A DNA stretch of 58,772 nucleotides, the filler included, from Squatina squatina (taxonomy: Eukaryota): assembly GCA_031763465.1 (NCBI GenBank). It is 3 parts of 3 records of this genome, joined end to end, with 100 filler letters (N's around TTAATTAATTAA, not from the genome) between each part and the next. Parts side by side here need not be neighbours in the genome. Positions count along the whole stretch, not along the records: positions 19,126 to 41,857 come from JARFOE010000230.1; positions 41,958 to 58,772 come from JARFOE010000115.1; 1 more part is not named here. One strand, written 5' to 3'. Of the stretch, positions 39,884 through 51,500 are shown piece after piece (the first letter of the stretch is position 1; each line of letters starts with the position of its first letter). The translations under genes and the position numbers were made by a program. The notes below the pieces were generated by a model. It saw only the letters and a program-made list of their open reading frames with translations, did not search any database and was not told the DNA's origin.

Positions 39884-40017
39884 ATGTCGGATCCGGGTGA
39901 TTGACACATTTGGCACAGAGCCAGCATACAATTTTGACGATTATGCAAATCTCCATGGTTACCGAACAAACTGGGGCCACTGGAATCTCAACCCGAAGCA
40001 GTACATGACCATGTTTC
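39884..40017 (+). CDS. mgat5b: Isolated internal coding exon (134 nt) of an MGAT5B-type alpha-1,6-mannosylglycoprotein 6-beta-N-acetylglucosaminyltransferase
   Basis: CRIRVIDTFGTEPAYNFDDYANLHGYRTNWGHWNLNPKQYMTMF(P) closely matches the GnT-Vb catalytic region as I recall it. Acceptor TGATTTTCAG, donor TTC|GTAAGT, no lesions. Confidence 0.9.
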
Positions 40018-41901
40018 GTAAGTAATTGGTATATTAATGCCTCAAGGAAAAGGTGCTCAATGCAACAGGTGCATTTCAGCACCCCTGTATCTGACCATTG
40101 GAACACCTTGTAGTTATTACAGCCGGACCATTTTAAAACATTCATATTTATCCTTTCTGGATCTACTATAGGTATTCTCTTTCATTTTAAAGTTTGAGGG
40201 ATTGCTGTATTGTACGTTAATATGTCATGATGAAAACTGCTGCTTGCTTAAGAGTTTATCTTCATTGTAATTATAGATAAGCTAAACATTCATGTATCAT
40301 TATAGTTTGTTTTTAATAACCTCTGACTGAGCAAAGTCAATTGTGGAAAAAACAAATAGCTGGCCCAGGTTTTGAAGAATAGTGTATTTAAAAGACAATT
40401 ATCACCNNNNNNNNNNNNNNNNNNNNNNNNNNNNNNNNNNNNNNNNNNNNNNNNNNNNNNNNNNNNNNNNNNNNNNNNNNNNNNNNNNNNNNNNNNNNNN
40501 NNNNNNCAAGCTGCAAGGCAATGTTATATCAATCTTTAAATGGCTGGAGAAGCTGATGTTTGACAAACATAACTGGTATTGCTTGGGTGATGTATGTTCA
40601 GTAGACACCAATTACAGTACAGTAATTGATGTCTGCTGATTGCACCTTGCGCGTTTAGCCACATCAATCCTCTGATCCAGCAATTCTGTCTTTTTCTTCT
40701 AGGATTTTGTCCTTTTTCATTTTATTCTCTGTTTGCTTTTTTATTCAGCATTTGACTTTATCCTTTTTATTTTTTCTCATCCTCTGCTGTCTGTGCCTTT
40801 GCACCAATTGTTTTCTCAGTCTTTCATTGTCTCCACAACTGGTACTTTTGTTGCGTTCACCTTTGACCTCTATTTGTTTGCCTGTATCATGAGCACTTTC
40901 TGTCTGTCATGGTTGATTTGTTAAAATCAGGTGATTGAATGGTGTGTTGATGGTGGAAGTGAAGATTAGAATCAATCGGGGAGGCATTCATTTGGAAGGA
41001 GATCCTACACTCCGTGGCACTGTGCACCCGCTATCCCATCATATGCATTTTTAAAAAGTGGTAGCTGCAATCTGCTTAAAATGAGATATGTCAGGAATCT
41101 TTATTTACTCAAGCCGAGCAATGGTGTGCAACTGAACTACGTTCACTGTTCAGAGTGGAAAATCCCTACAAAGGAAAGGATTAATATTTCTTGGTAGTCA
41201 CAGCATCTATCTTCGCAGTAACTGTATTGATTTAATAGCAGCTTTCAGTGTCCTCAAGTGGTAATCGGGGACAAATCTTCCATAACAACCAAAATGGGTT
41301 GAAACACATTTCTATTTAAAACAGTGTGAAGGCCTCGAAGCTGACAGTTGTTCCCAGTGTTGCAGATCTCGTGGATCCACAGCAATTACTTCTTCCCCGC
41401 TCCCGATTCTGGGCGCAGGCCCCTGCCCTTGTGCAGATAACCTAAACCTGGAAATCCACATGGGTTAAAAGTCATAGCGTTAGAGCACACTTCAGGTGAG
41501 CGTCTTGGGGCGCCCAATTCGTAGTTTTATTTAGCCAACTTATAGCCTTAAGCTTTTAGGAGCGAAATTCATCTACCCGTTAACGCTGGTGCTAAACAGG
41601 CATTAATGTGTTTAGGCCACAATCGCAAGTTTTAGCGTTAGTCCCGATGACGTCGTCAGTGGGCGCAATGCCCAAATAAGAGTAACGCCCTAGAATTCAA
41701 CTAGGCTACAATGCCTTAACTTTAGTGTTGTCAAAGTCCCATTTTTTGGGCATTGACACACCTCAACTGTGAACTTTTAACATTATAGAAAGCTCTGGAA
41801 CTGGGCTTCATTATAACTTTGTCTCCCGGCTCCATTTCAATCAAATCATGTGACTTTNNNNNNNNNNNNNNNNNNNNNNNNNNNNNNNNNNNNNNNNNNN
41901 N

Positions 41902-41913
41902 TTAATTAATTAA
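41902..41913. other. Artificial six-frame-stop scaffold linker
   Basis: N44-TTAATTAATTAA-N44. Confidence 0.95.
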
Positions 41914-42967
41914 NNNNNNNNNNNNNNNNNNNNNNNNNNNNNNNNNNNNNNNNNNNNGGTACACCCTTGTACACGAGCAGCCATTATGGACGCACGTTAA
42001 ACCAAGCCGTCTGCTCGCCCTCCCAGATTGGATCCGGCACATTCCACAGAAGAGGAGAAAATACGTATATGTTTTTTTAATGTTTATAGAGCGCACATTT
42101 GAATTTTTTATTTGAATCATTGGTGTTGATTTTTGATGCTGGAGTACAGCATTTGTTACTTAACAGTTACAACTAGAATCAAACTTATGAATTTATTTGT
42201 AACTTTTATTTGACGTTCGTTAATGGTTAATTTAAAAAATGGAATAATATTCAGGCAGGTTAGTGTACCTATTATTCTGAATTGTATCAGGTGAATGTGT
42301 TTTGAATGCTGTACTGTGCAGTCACGAAGAGGTAATTTTCTGAAAAAGTATCAGATTGTATTATCAAAGCAATGTTTGGCTCTTCCTATGAAACAAGTGT
42401 GCTATTATTATCTGGCAACAATTAAGTAAAATGAGAATTTAATTAAAAGTCTCAAAGGTGAAAACAAAAGGAGAATTGTGCAGTGTTGATACAGTAAGTT
42501 GGACACACACAAGCCTCAAAGATCGTCACAGTTCAGCTTCTGTCCCGTGAATCAGACGTTGTCAGGTGACTCTATGCTTCACTCATCTCAGCTTCATCTG
42601 GCTTCAAATTATTATTATATTGGGAGGAATTGAAAAGATTGCTGGAGAAGAAAGACTTGCGGGAGAAGTTCTACTCACCCCGCCTATTTTTCCAGTGTAA
42701 AATCAGTGTAAGACCTCCAAATTATATATTGCGATCGGCTGGAGCCGAAACATGTCGAAATTGCACCAGACACTATATTGGCTTTTAGTCATCCGGAGGC
42801 CAACCTGAAACAGGAGCTAGGCTCCTTAGATATGCAAATTGGGGTCCTACGCCAGTTGTAGGACCCCAGATGCAATACACAGGTACAAACGGGCGGAGCT
42901 TGCATGCGCATGCAAGCTACACCTAGTTGTGCCAGGCATTGCGCGGCCTAACCAATGTTATTTAAAG

Positions 42968-43130
42968 GGAACATAGGAATATAGGAAGGGAAATAGGAAC
43001 ATAGGAACAGGAGTAGGCCATTTAGCCCCTCGAACCTGTTCCGCAATTCAGTTTGGACCATGGCTGATCTTTACCTTAACTCCATCTGCCCACCTTGACC
43101 CCGTTACCCTTTCTACCCTTGCCCAACAAA
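42968..43130 (-). mobile_element. CR1 LINE 3' end
   Basis: (GAACATAG)n-like tail, then GGAGTAGGCCATTTAGCCCCTCGAACCTGTTCCGC. Confidence 0.85.
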
Positions 43131-43139
43131 AAAAATCAA

Positions 43140-43289
43140 CACAAAAACAAAATAGTGCGGATGTCGGAAATCTGAAATCAAAACAGAAAATACTGGAAAT
43201 ACTCAGCAGTTCAGGCAGAATCTGTGGAGAGAGAAAGAGAGTTAACGTTTCAGGTCGATGTCCTTTTGTCAGAACTGGAAAAAGTTAGA
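43140..43289 (-). mobile_element. Penelope-type terminal repeat
   Basis: GGAAATCTGAAATCAAAACAGAAAATACTGGAAATACTCAGCAG...GAGTTAACGTTTCAGGTCGATG. Confidence 0.65.
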
Positions 43290-44643
43290 NNNNNNNNNNN
43301 NNNNNNNNNNNNNNNNNNNNNNNNNNNNNNNNNNNNNNNNNNNNNNNNNNNNNNNNNNNNNNNNNNNNNNNNNNNNNNNNNNNNNNNNNCAGCTGAATTC
43401 CCCGGGAGGCAAGATCGCCGCCTCCCGGCTCCACCTTTTTCTGTGACGCCTCATTAGCGCCCCTCGGAGGTGCTAATGGGGCTCAACAGGAGAGGAATTT
43501 CTAGCCCAATTTTGTTTTCACACTCGAGCAAGTCCATAAAGGTTTGAAGCGTGAGGAATGGAAATGCTGCAGGTGAATTTCGGTTCATTGATGGGCAGAG
43601 ATAGATTTCCTCGGCAGCTAATCCATTTCATTCTTGACCTGTTTTGCAATGTTACTGGATGCTGCAAGTGGAAAGGTATTGCATTCCCAGCACTGGCATC
43701 ACTCGCCTGTATGAGAAAATGTACCACAAAAAATGGCCTTGTTAGAATATCTTTACAATTCTGCTAGCAAGAAATGAACAAGGAAAAGCAGTTGTTTTAA
43801 TGACTAGCTGAGTTTGGAAGTACTGCGAAATGCAGTGCGTAAACTACAGCTTCATATTGCTTATACCTTCCAAATATGTTTTAAATATCAAAACAAGCAT
43901 CAGGAAGATGGTTGCACAGAATTTGGCACTCCTCTTATGAAAGAACCTATAACACCCGTGATCTATAACTTTGAACTAAAACTGAACTATAAAACAGTGC
44001 TCAAACTAAAACCCTATTATCCCCGGTGATCATGCACTCCAGTCCCCCCAGTGCCCACCGGTCACGGAAGTAGAATTTGGCACTAGCTTCAATTGTTGTG
44101 GCACACATCTTTCCCTATCAAACTATAACGAGCATCATTGTCTATTTTGATTCACTGATCAAAGGTCAAGCTACCTTTTTCTTTCAGGTGTTGTTCCTGT
44201 ATTGTTCCATCGAGGAACTGTGAAAGAATCTGTGTGCCACACTTATATTTTACCATTCACTATTTCTACTGATTATTGGATGAACTCAGCAGTAACTAAT
44301 TAGTTTGCCATTGAGGAATGTGCTTTTTTAAATGAGATCATTGATATTATAGAGGACTAAACTTGACATCGCTGAGCAATGTCCTCAGTCAATTAGTAGC
44401 TATCTTTATTCATCATCGTATTGACAGGGAATGGGTTTTCTTCCATGTTTGGAATAGTAGGTCATGTGTTGGAGAAATTATTAGCAATCTCAATGCGCCA
44501 TGTGACAAGCGCACTGACATCATCAAGGGACTACAACTACTAAATAATAACAGTGTCACAGCGAGGTCCTGGACACGTGCATTTTTAAAAAATCAACGAT
44601 GTAAACAAGGAAACAGATTTAAACTGGAAGCACCAATAAACTA

Positions 44644-44760
44644 ATGAACTCTCCAGTCAGCCACAGCAGAATAGACGTGCAATTGGTTGTTACTAACAAG
44701 GACTATAAAAGCAGCCTGACAATGAATGCGGTCCTTAATGAAAACTGCTCCAGCAAAATG
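44644..44760 (+). CDS. zbtb38: Candidate alternative coding exon of zbtb38 (39 aa, phase 0)
   Basis: MNSPVSHSRIDVQLVVTNKDYKSSLTMNAVLNENCSSKM followed by ATG|GTAAGT; in frame with the acceptor at 48518. Confidence 0.45.
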
Positions 44761-46859
44761 GTAAGTTGAACAAGGCTTGCTTTTTCATTCATTTCTCTCA
44801 GGAGATTCGGTAGGTTGAGCAGACTCCTGGTGCAGTGGATGATATATGGCCTATGAAAGGAACGAGCTTGTTTCGGTGAATGGACTTTTCCTCTCTATAT
44901 TCTTGTGTTTCCTGGGAACATGGTTCCTTTTAATAGCAGAAGGGCCCGGGTCTTACAATGCCAGGCATTGAGGGTGAGCTGGTTTTTACAAAGCTATAGC
45001 TTTTCTTTAAACTCATCACCACTAGAACGGTTTTTCCTTGAACGGGGCACTAGTACTTAAATAATAAAAAGGTCGAGTCCCACACCTCTAGATCAATGAA
45101 CAAGGGGTAGGGAGAGTGGGAGTTTTGCATGTGAAGGACAAGTGTATTGTCAAAATCTAGAAACCCCTATTGGATGTAGGTTATCCATGTTATTCATCAT
45201 CCTTCATTGTTTCTGTTCTTTTTAACCTTCTTGTGATGAGAAAGACTAACTTTTTTAACAAAAGATTTGTGTGAAAAAAAACAGCTCCACATCTCAATCA
45301 TTGGGTCTGATTTCTTCCATCAAACAATTCAAAATTTTCACTGTTTTAATCCCTTCAGAAAATTCACACAATGAATTCTGTATAGTGACTAAACGGTTCN
45401 NNNNNNNNNNNNNNNNNNNNNNNNNNNNNNNNNNNNNNNNNNNNNNNNNNNNNNNNNNNNNNNNNNNNNNNNNNNNNNNNNNNNNNNNNNNNNNNNNNNT
45501 ACTTTCATGCTCAAGAGACCAGGAGCAAAGCAACCACGATGTTAGCTAAGATCTTCAGTTTATATTTGGGCTTTTTTAAATGAAAATGTATCTAATCATT
45601 TAAAAGGATCTAAAGGAAGTGGAATTTCACATTGCATCCTGATGTGTGCACAGGGCAACCCTGCAGCAATTTGCAATGCTGCTGTTTCCATATTAAATAT
45701 GTTCTGTAAACACCAATGACTACTCATGTGACTTGAGATTCTGTCTCTGTGGCTGTTGGTGCAGAAATAGACCGATTAATTACAGCATCAGAGCAGAGAA
45801 TTTGAAGGGCTGAAGGCTTTTTTTGCTTTTCAAGGAGAATCTAAACGTTCAAACATTACTTAACGATTCAGTGAGAGATAACAAGATCTATATTAAATTG
45901 CATTTTGATGAACACGACCTAGGATTGCCTGTTTCTGTCAAATACTTCCACCTAATGGTGATGCTCCTGCCATCCTTTTTTTTTGCACTGCATTCGCGAT
46001 GAAGTACTGGGTTTCTCGAACTGAGCTGCAAAGCAGACTGACTGGACAGGAAGCAGTCAGCTTCAAGTGTGCGATGTGCCTGTTTTCCCATCACTGCAGA
46101 ATTTGGTTGTGCTGCCGTAATTTTTAATTTGGTGATCGGGGCTCATCTTGCATCATCAGTGCACGACAACAGCGTTTTTACTGTTGCCTCCTATCCATTT
46201 GAACCAGCACCATGTAGTTGACAGCTACTGAATTTAAGGTGAGCTGCCCCTCCCCCCTCCCCGAGCTATGGTGCAGTATACAGCAGAACTAAGCCTACTC
46301 CTGCAAACCAAAAATGGCAGGCAGGTTTAATACTGCTTTTTTTTTTGAACGTGCCATGTATTGATTACTGTGTCCGATGCCTTGTGTTTCAAATGTGAGT
46401 ATGTAAATACTGTGCATTCGTTGCCTTGACAGCACTAGTGAGAATAGTTAGGACTGCATTGCAAAATAGAGTGGATCATTTTTTTTTAAATTGCTTCATA
46501 TAGCTTGAAGTAATACATTACTTAAATACCATCCAAGTGCCTTAGTGAAGCTGTTTACATGGAGATGGTTTGTAAAAATAATTTCTTGCATTGTAATGCC
46601 AATTGGTGTTGCTGGACAAATCTCGGTCCAAATATCTTTTCTTTCGGTGTTTACCAGAATTCAGATTTGAATTTCTAGATTCAGAGTTTACCCAGGTTTA
46701 TGATGCAGATGCAACAAATCTATTTTTAGCAATAAAGTAGTGCACATTGTGTACCAGCGCTTGTATGTCTCTGACTGGTATTTTCGGCAGTGATATCATG
46801 GGTTGATTCTCACCTAGTGTGACAAGTGGCCTTTGCAGTGGTCAGCTTCAGGCTCTGAG

Positions 46860-47865
46860 CCCTGGGAGAAATGATCTTCGCGCAATAGCTTTCACAGGTT
46901 TTGCAGATGGGGAATTTTTGCAGAGCAGTCTTGTTGACGAGCAGAATTTTCAGGAACACCGTTTCTTCGAGAAGTAGCACAAGTGCGACGACAGCTTCCT
47001 GAGAACTGGAGCGTTTTGATTTTTTTTCAAAAAAAGGTAATTCCGGCAGTTGTCCAGTGATTGGTCTCGTCNNNNNNNNNNNNNNNNNNNNNNNNNNNNN
47101 NNNNNNNNNNNNNNNNNNNNNNNNNNNNNNNNNNNNNNNNNNNNNNNNNNNNNNNNNNNNNNNNNNNNNNNTACACTGTTCCCACACACCCCGGGGGACC
47201 TCGCAAGTTGCGAATCTCAGGCTGCACTGTGAATGCCCACAGATCCAGAACTTGCGATCTGTCAAGATTTGTCTTGACAGATCATCCGCTTCTGCTGCTA
47301 AAGAGGTTTCCAGGGCGGAGAGTTGCGATATTTTCTCAACTCTTGCCTGTGGAAATCTCTCTTTTTTACGCATGGTAAAATCAAGCGTACATACTTGGTT
47401 TTACCAGCGTAAAAGTTTTTTAAAAATGTAAACTTTTTTTAAATTATGGTATGTTACTTAACCATTCCCATTAAGGAATGTGTTTTTAATATTTTTTAAT
47501 TTTAAAATGTTTTCGTATTATGTAATATTAAAATTTAATAAGAGACAATCACTTTTTTTAAAAAAAGTTATGTGCTTGTGTAGTTTTGTATCTCCCATTG
47601 ATACTTTTACAAACCTGCTATATATGGAACAGACCTGTCAAAGCTTGAATGGGAGATACTCGTATCTGATCGGTTGGGGCCTCCCGTGTGACTAAGTCTC
47701 TCCGAAGGACTTGCACACGAAAGAGAACAGCCCAGCTGCTCATGCCCATGTGGAGGTAGAAGACAGCAAACTTATGTAGCTCCCGGACTCTCAGCTAAGT
47801 TTGTAGAGCTATTTGCGATCGGAGGCATCTACACGCAGGAAGCCTCCGATCGCAAATTCAGCCTC
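46860..47865. mobile_element. Hairpin-rich non-autonomous DNA element(s), interrupted by a gap
   Basis: Inverted homology to 16965-17304; the end CACGCAGGAAGCCTCCGATCGCAAATTCAGCC recurs at 25371-25407. Confidence 0.65.
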
Positions 47866-47904
47866 AAAGTAATGGGGAGTCAGCAGGGGGTGGGGTGGGG
47901 GGGA

Positions 47905-48343
47905 TAAACAAACCAGAAATTAACTAACTAAATAAAAAAACAAGAGCCAAGGTTATGGTTTGAAATTGTTGAACTCTATGTTGAGTCCAGAAGGCTGTAA
48001 AGTGCCTAAGCAAAAGACAAGGTGCTGTTCTTCGAACGTGCGTTGAGCTTCATTGGAACAAGGTAATAGGTGAGAAAGAAGAGATCAAATGGGAATGCAG
48101 CAGAGAATTAAAGTGACAGGCGACGGGAAGCTCAGGGTCACACTTACGGACTGAACGGAGGTGTTCTGCAAAGCTGTCACCCAGTCTGCGTTTGGTCTCC
48201 AATGTAGAGGAGACCACATTGTGAGCAGCGAATACAGTACACTAAATTGAAAGAAGTACAGGTAAATCGCTGTTTCACCAGGAAGGTGTGTCTGGGGCCC
48301 TGGACAGTGAGAAGGGAGGATGTAAGAGGGCAGGTATTGCATC
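47905..48343 (-). mobile_element. Penelope-like retroelement GIY-YIG endonuclease fragment
   Basis: CNTCP...VQGPRHTFLVKQRFTCTSFNLVYCIRCSQCGLLYIG, frameshift, then RLGDSFAEHLRSV...PVACHFNS. Confidence 0.9.
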
Positions 48344-48518
48344 TATTACACAGCACTTTTAATACTGACATCACAAGACTTAGGATAAAGCTTCAGTGAT
48401 TGCTGGTTTTTTTTTAATGTATAGCTACAAATATAAGATCTGGATAAATCCTTGATGTGCACTTAGTCAGAATTGATTGATTTCTAGCACTGATTGAATT
48501 CATTTATTTTCTTTCCAG

Positions 48519-51500
48519 ATGATTGTCATGCCTTCAAGTGCAGATATTATGGACAACTCCCACAGCCAGACTGTCCTTTCTTGCTTGAATGAACAACGCA
48601 CCAAAGGTGTCTTCTGTGATGTCACCATTGTTGTGGAAGACACCAAGTTTAAAGCCCACAAAAATGTCTTGGCAGCATCCAGTGTTTACTTTAAGAACCT
48701 TTTTTCAAGCCAGGAGTNNNNNNNNNNNNNNNNNNNNNNNNNNNNNNNNNNNNNNNNNNNNNNNNNNNNNNNNNNNNNNNNNNNNNNNNNNNNNNNNNNN
48801 NNNNNNNNNNNNNNNNNNNNNNNNNNNGTAAAAGATCTTATCGATGCTGGGAAAAGATTAGGGATATCATTTTTGGAAAATCTGACACCCATCCCTCAGC
48901 AACATGTTGGATCTATAGATATTCTATACAGTTGTTCACCTAATTCTTCTCCGTCAGCTTCTCCTGCGTCTTCGCTCTCTTTGTCAACATGCCTCCAGAA
49001 TCTCAAAGCAGAGGTCTGCAATTCTGTGAGTGACAAAGGCAGTGAAGATTTCCATTTTGTAAATGGACCCCGAATCACAAATGCATTTTCAATTTTCGAC
49101 ATGCAGGCTGGCACTGACTTGTATTTTCCAGTTGACGTAACAGCTAATATCAACAAAAAAGCAGTAGAATCTGATAAGCTGTCTATGGTATGTGTTACTC
49201 AGGATGCAAATGATGTACAGCAGACGCCTGCTCATACTTTTGCTGAACATTCCTATGCTGTATCTTCTTCTAGAAAAGATCAGCAAAATGTTGATCCTAC
49301 TTGTGGTCTTCATCAAGTACAAGAATCTATGGAAGAAAATGGAAAGCCTTTGTGCAACATTAATAGCAATACTGCTAGCTCTGGAGCTATACAGGACCGA
49401 TATTTGGGAGATCAAATTTGCAAAGCCTCCCAACCACTGTATACTGCCAGCTCAACTGGCTTTAAGGTTCTACGATTTAACTTGAACGCATTACAAACTG
49501 CAAATGATAGTAGCCCAGTAAATTTTGCGCCAGTTACTGGTCCATCAAATGGACCTACTGTGAATACTGAGGAAACTGTAGGTGGAGTCACTGATGCAGA
49601 GAAAGCTTCTCCTCCTATGGAAAACATGAGCAAATCGGTGCCTAATGCAGCTTGGTCTGAAACAGTGCCAACAATCTGCCGTCAAACTGCTTACAGCTGT
49701 AAATATTGCCCACGGTCTTTTAGCACTCGAGTATCAGTGAATGTCCACTCCCAAATCCACACACTGCTCTTAGAAAAGCCCTTGTCTTGTAGGCATTGCG
49801 GGAAGCCTTTTGTTCATCTGAAGAGGCTGCAGACTCATGAGCATCTTTGCAGAGGACCAGGAACCGTTGTGTCTGATCGTGAATCAACTGATGAGCAAGT
49901 GGATAATTTTTCCAGCGACACTGAAGTTGCCAGTGGTGAGGAAGATCCAAATCCAATTTCACATGCTCTGGAACTGGAGAAATCAAAAAAGTGCTCAGTG
50001 AATTTGGTACGTTCAAGGAAAGGTAGCAGCTCACCAGAACCTGATCACTTTGTAAAAGTTGTTGAGGGACACATTTTGTATTTTTGCAGTGTTTGCAAGC
50101 GTTCCTATGTAACTCTGTCCAGCTTAAAGAGACATGCCAATGTTCATTCTTGGCGGAGAACCTATCCCTGCCATTATTGCAGTAAAGTATTTGCATTAGC
50201 TGAATATCGTACTAAACATGAAATATGGCACACCGGAGAGAGACGGTATCAGTGCATCTTTTGTCTGGAGACCTTTATGACCTACTATACTTTGAAAACC
50301 CATCAGAAATCTTTTCATGGCATTGATCCAAGTCTTCCCACAAACAAGAAAGCAGCAAATATTGGATTTCGGGCCAAGATGTATCCATTCAAACTCTATA
50401 GGCTTCTTCCTATGAAGCTACAAAAAAGACCATACAAAACTTACACTCGATCTTGTCCAGAAAACCTCAACTGTAATCAAGTTATTGGAGTTTCTTCAAC
50501 TGATGAAAATATGAATTCCCTTGGTATCGGTAACTTTTCCATCAGTAATCCATCACCTGCTTCAGAGAGTTTGCAGGACAAGTTGCTTTCTTCAGAAACC
50601 ATTCATCCACAACAGTCTTCCCATTGTGCGCTCACAGTTCAGGATGAGCCGGCTGAAGGAACCGCAAAGGAAACACGCCTCTTGGGGATTGAATGTGTAA
50701 ACAGTGGTCTTTCCAATGGCTGCCATCTTAACGATTCCTTGCTTTCTTGCACTTCAACAGAAAATGAAACCAATAATGGTAAAGATGTTGCTGATAATGG
50801 GCAACAAGGCCCGGCCACTAATGTGAACAATACAGTTCTTTCTGTTATTAACTATGGGCACACAGCTCCCTCTGTGATAATGCACAGCAATAGGGTTTCA
50901 TCTGTTATAAAGCATGGGAATGCATTTTCTTCTGTCATTACATACAGTAGTGGAGTAGAGTCTGGTAGTGATGCTTATCGACCACTTCCACAGACCAATG
51001 TGAGCAATGATTCTTCGGATATAAATCCAAGGAAAAATATTGCTAAAGACTGTGTTAAATTGCAGAATAAAGGTGCCTACAAGAAGGTAATAGAAATGGC
51101 AAAGGGAAGTGGACAAGCCACAGAACCTGGGACTGCACAAAAGAACCGTTCAAGTACTTTTACTGGAGGAAGCCGAACAGAAACCTATATTGCAAAGCNN
51201 NNNNNNNNNNNNNNNNNNNNNNNNNGCCAGGTAGCTCCTCTTTGCCAAATCACAGTGAAAATTGGGGATAAAGCAATTGTACAAAGAAACATTACTGGAT
51301 CCAAGCTGTTCCGTACAAAAGGTAGAAAGCCTAAATGGATGATTCCAAGTGAAGAAAAGATGGTCCAGGATATTAAAATGGAAGACATTGAACAGTTTAA
51401 TAAATCACCTAGTCACACAGATCCTGCTGGAAGTATCGCAGATCCTGCTGGAGGCATTGAAACATGTGATGAAATGAGTGATCATGATTCAAATGACAAA

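Noticed and set aside
48686-51388. Antisense and alternative-frame ORFs over zbtb38
   Set aside because: Short shadows of the coding strand with no recognisable domains.
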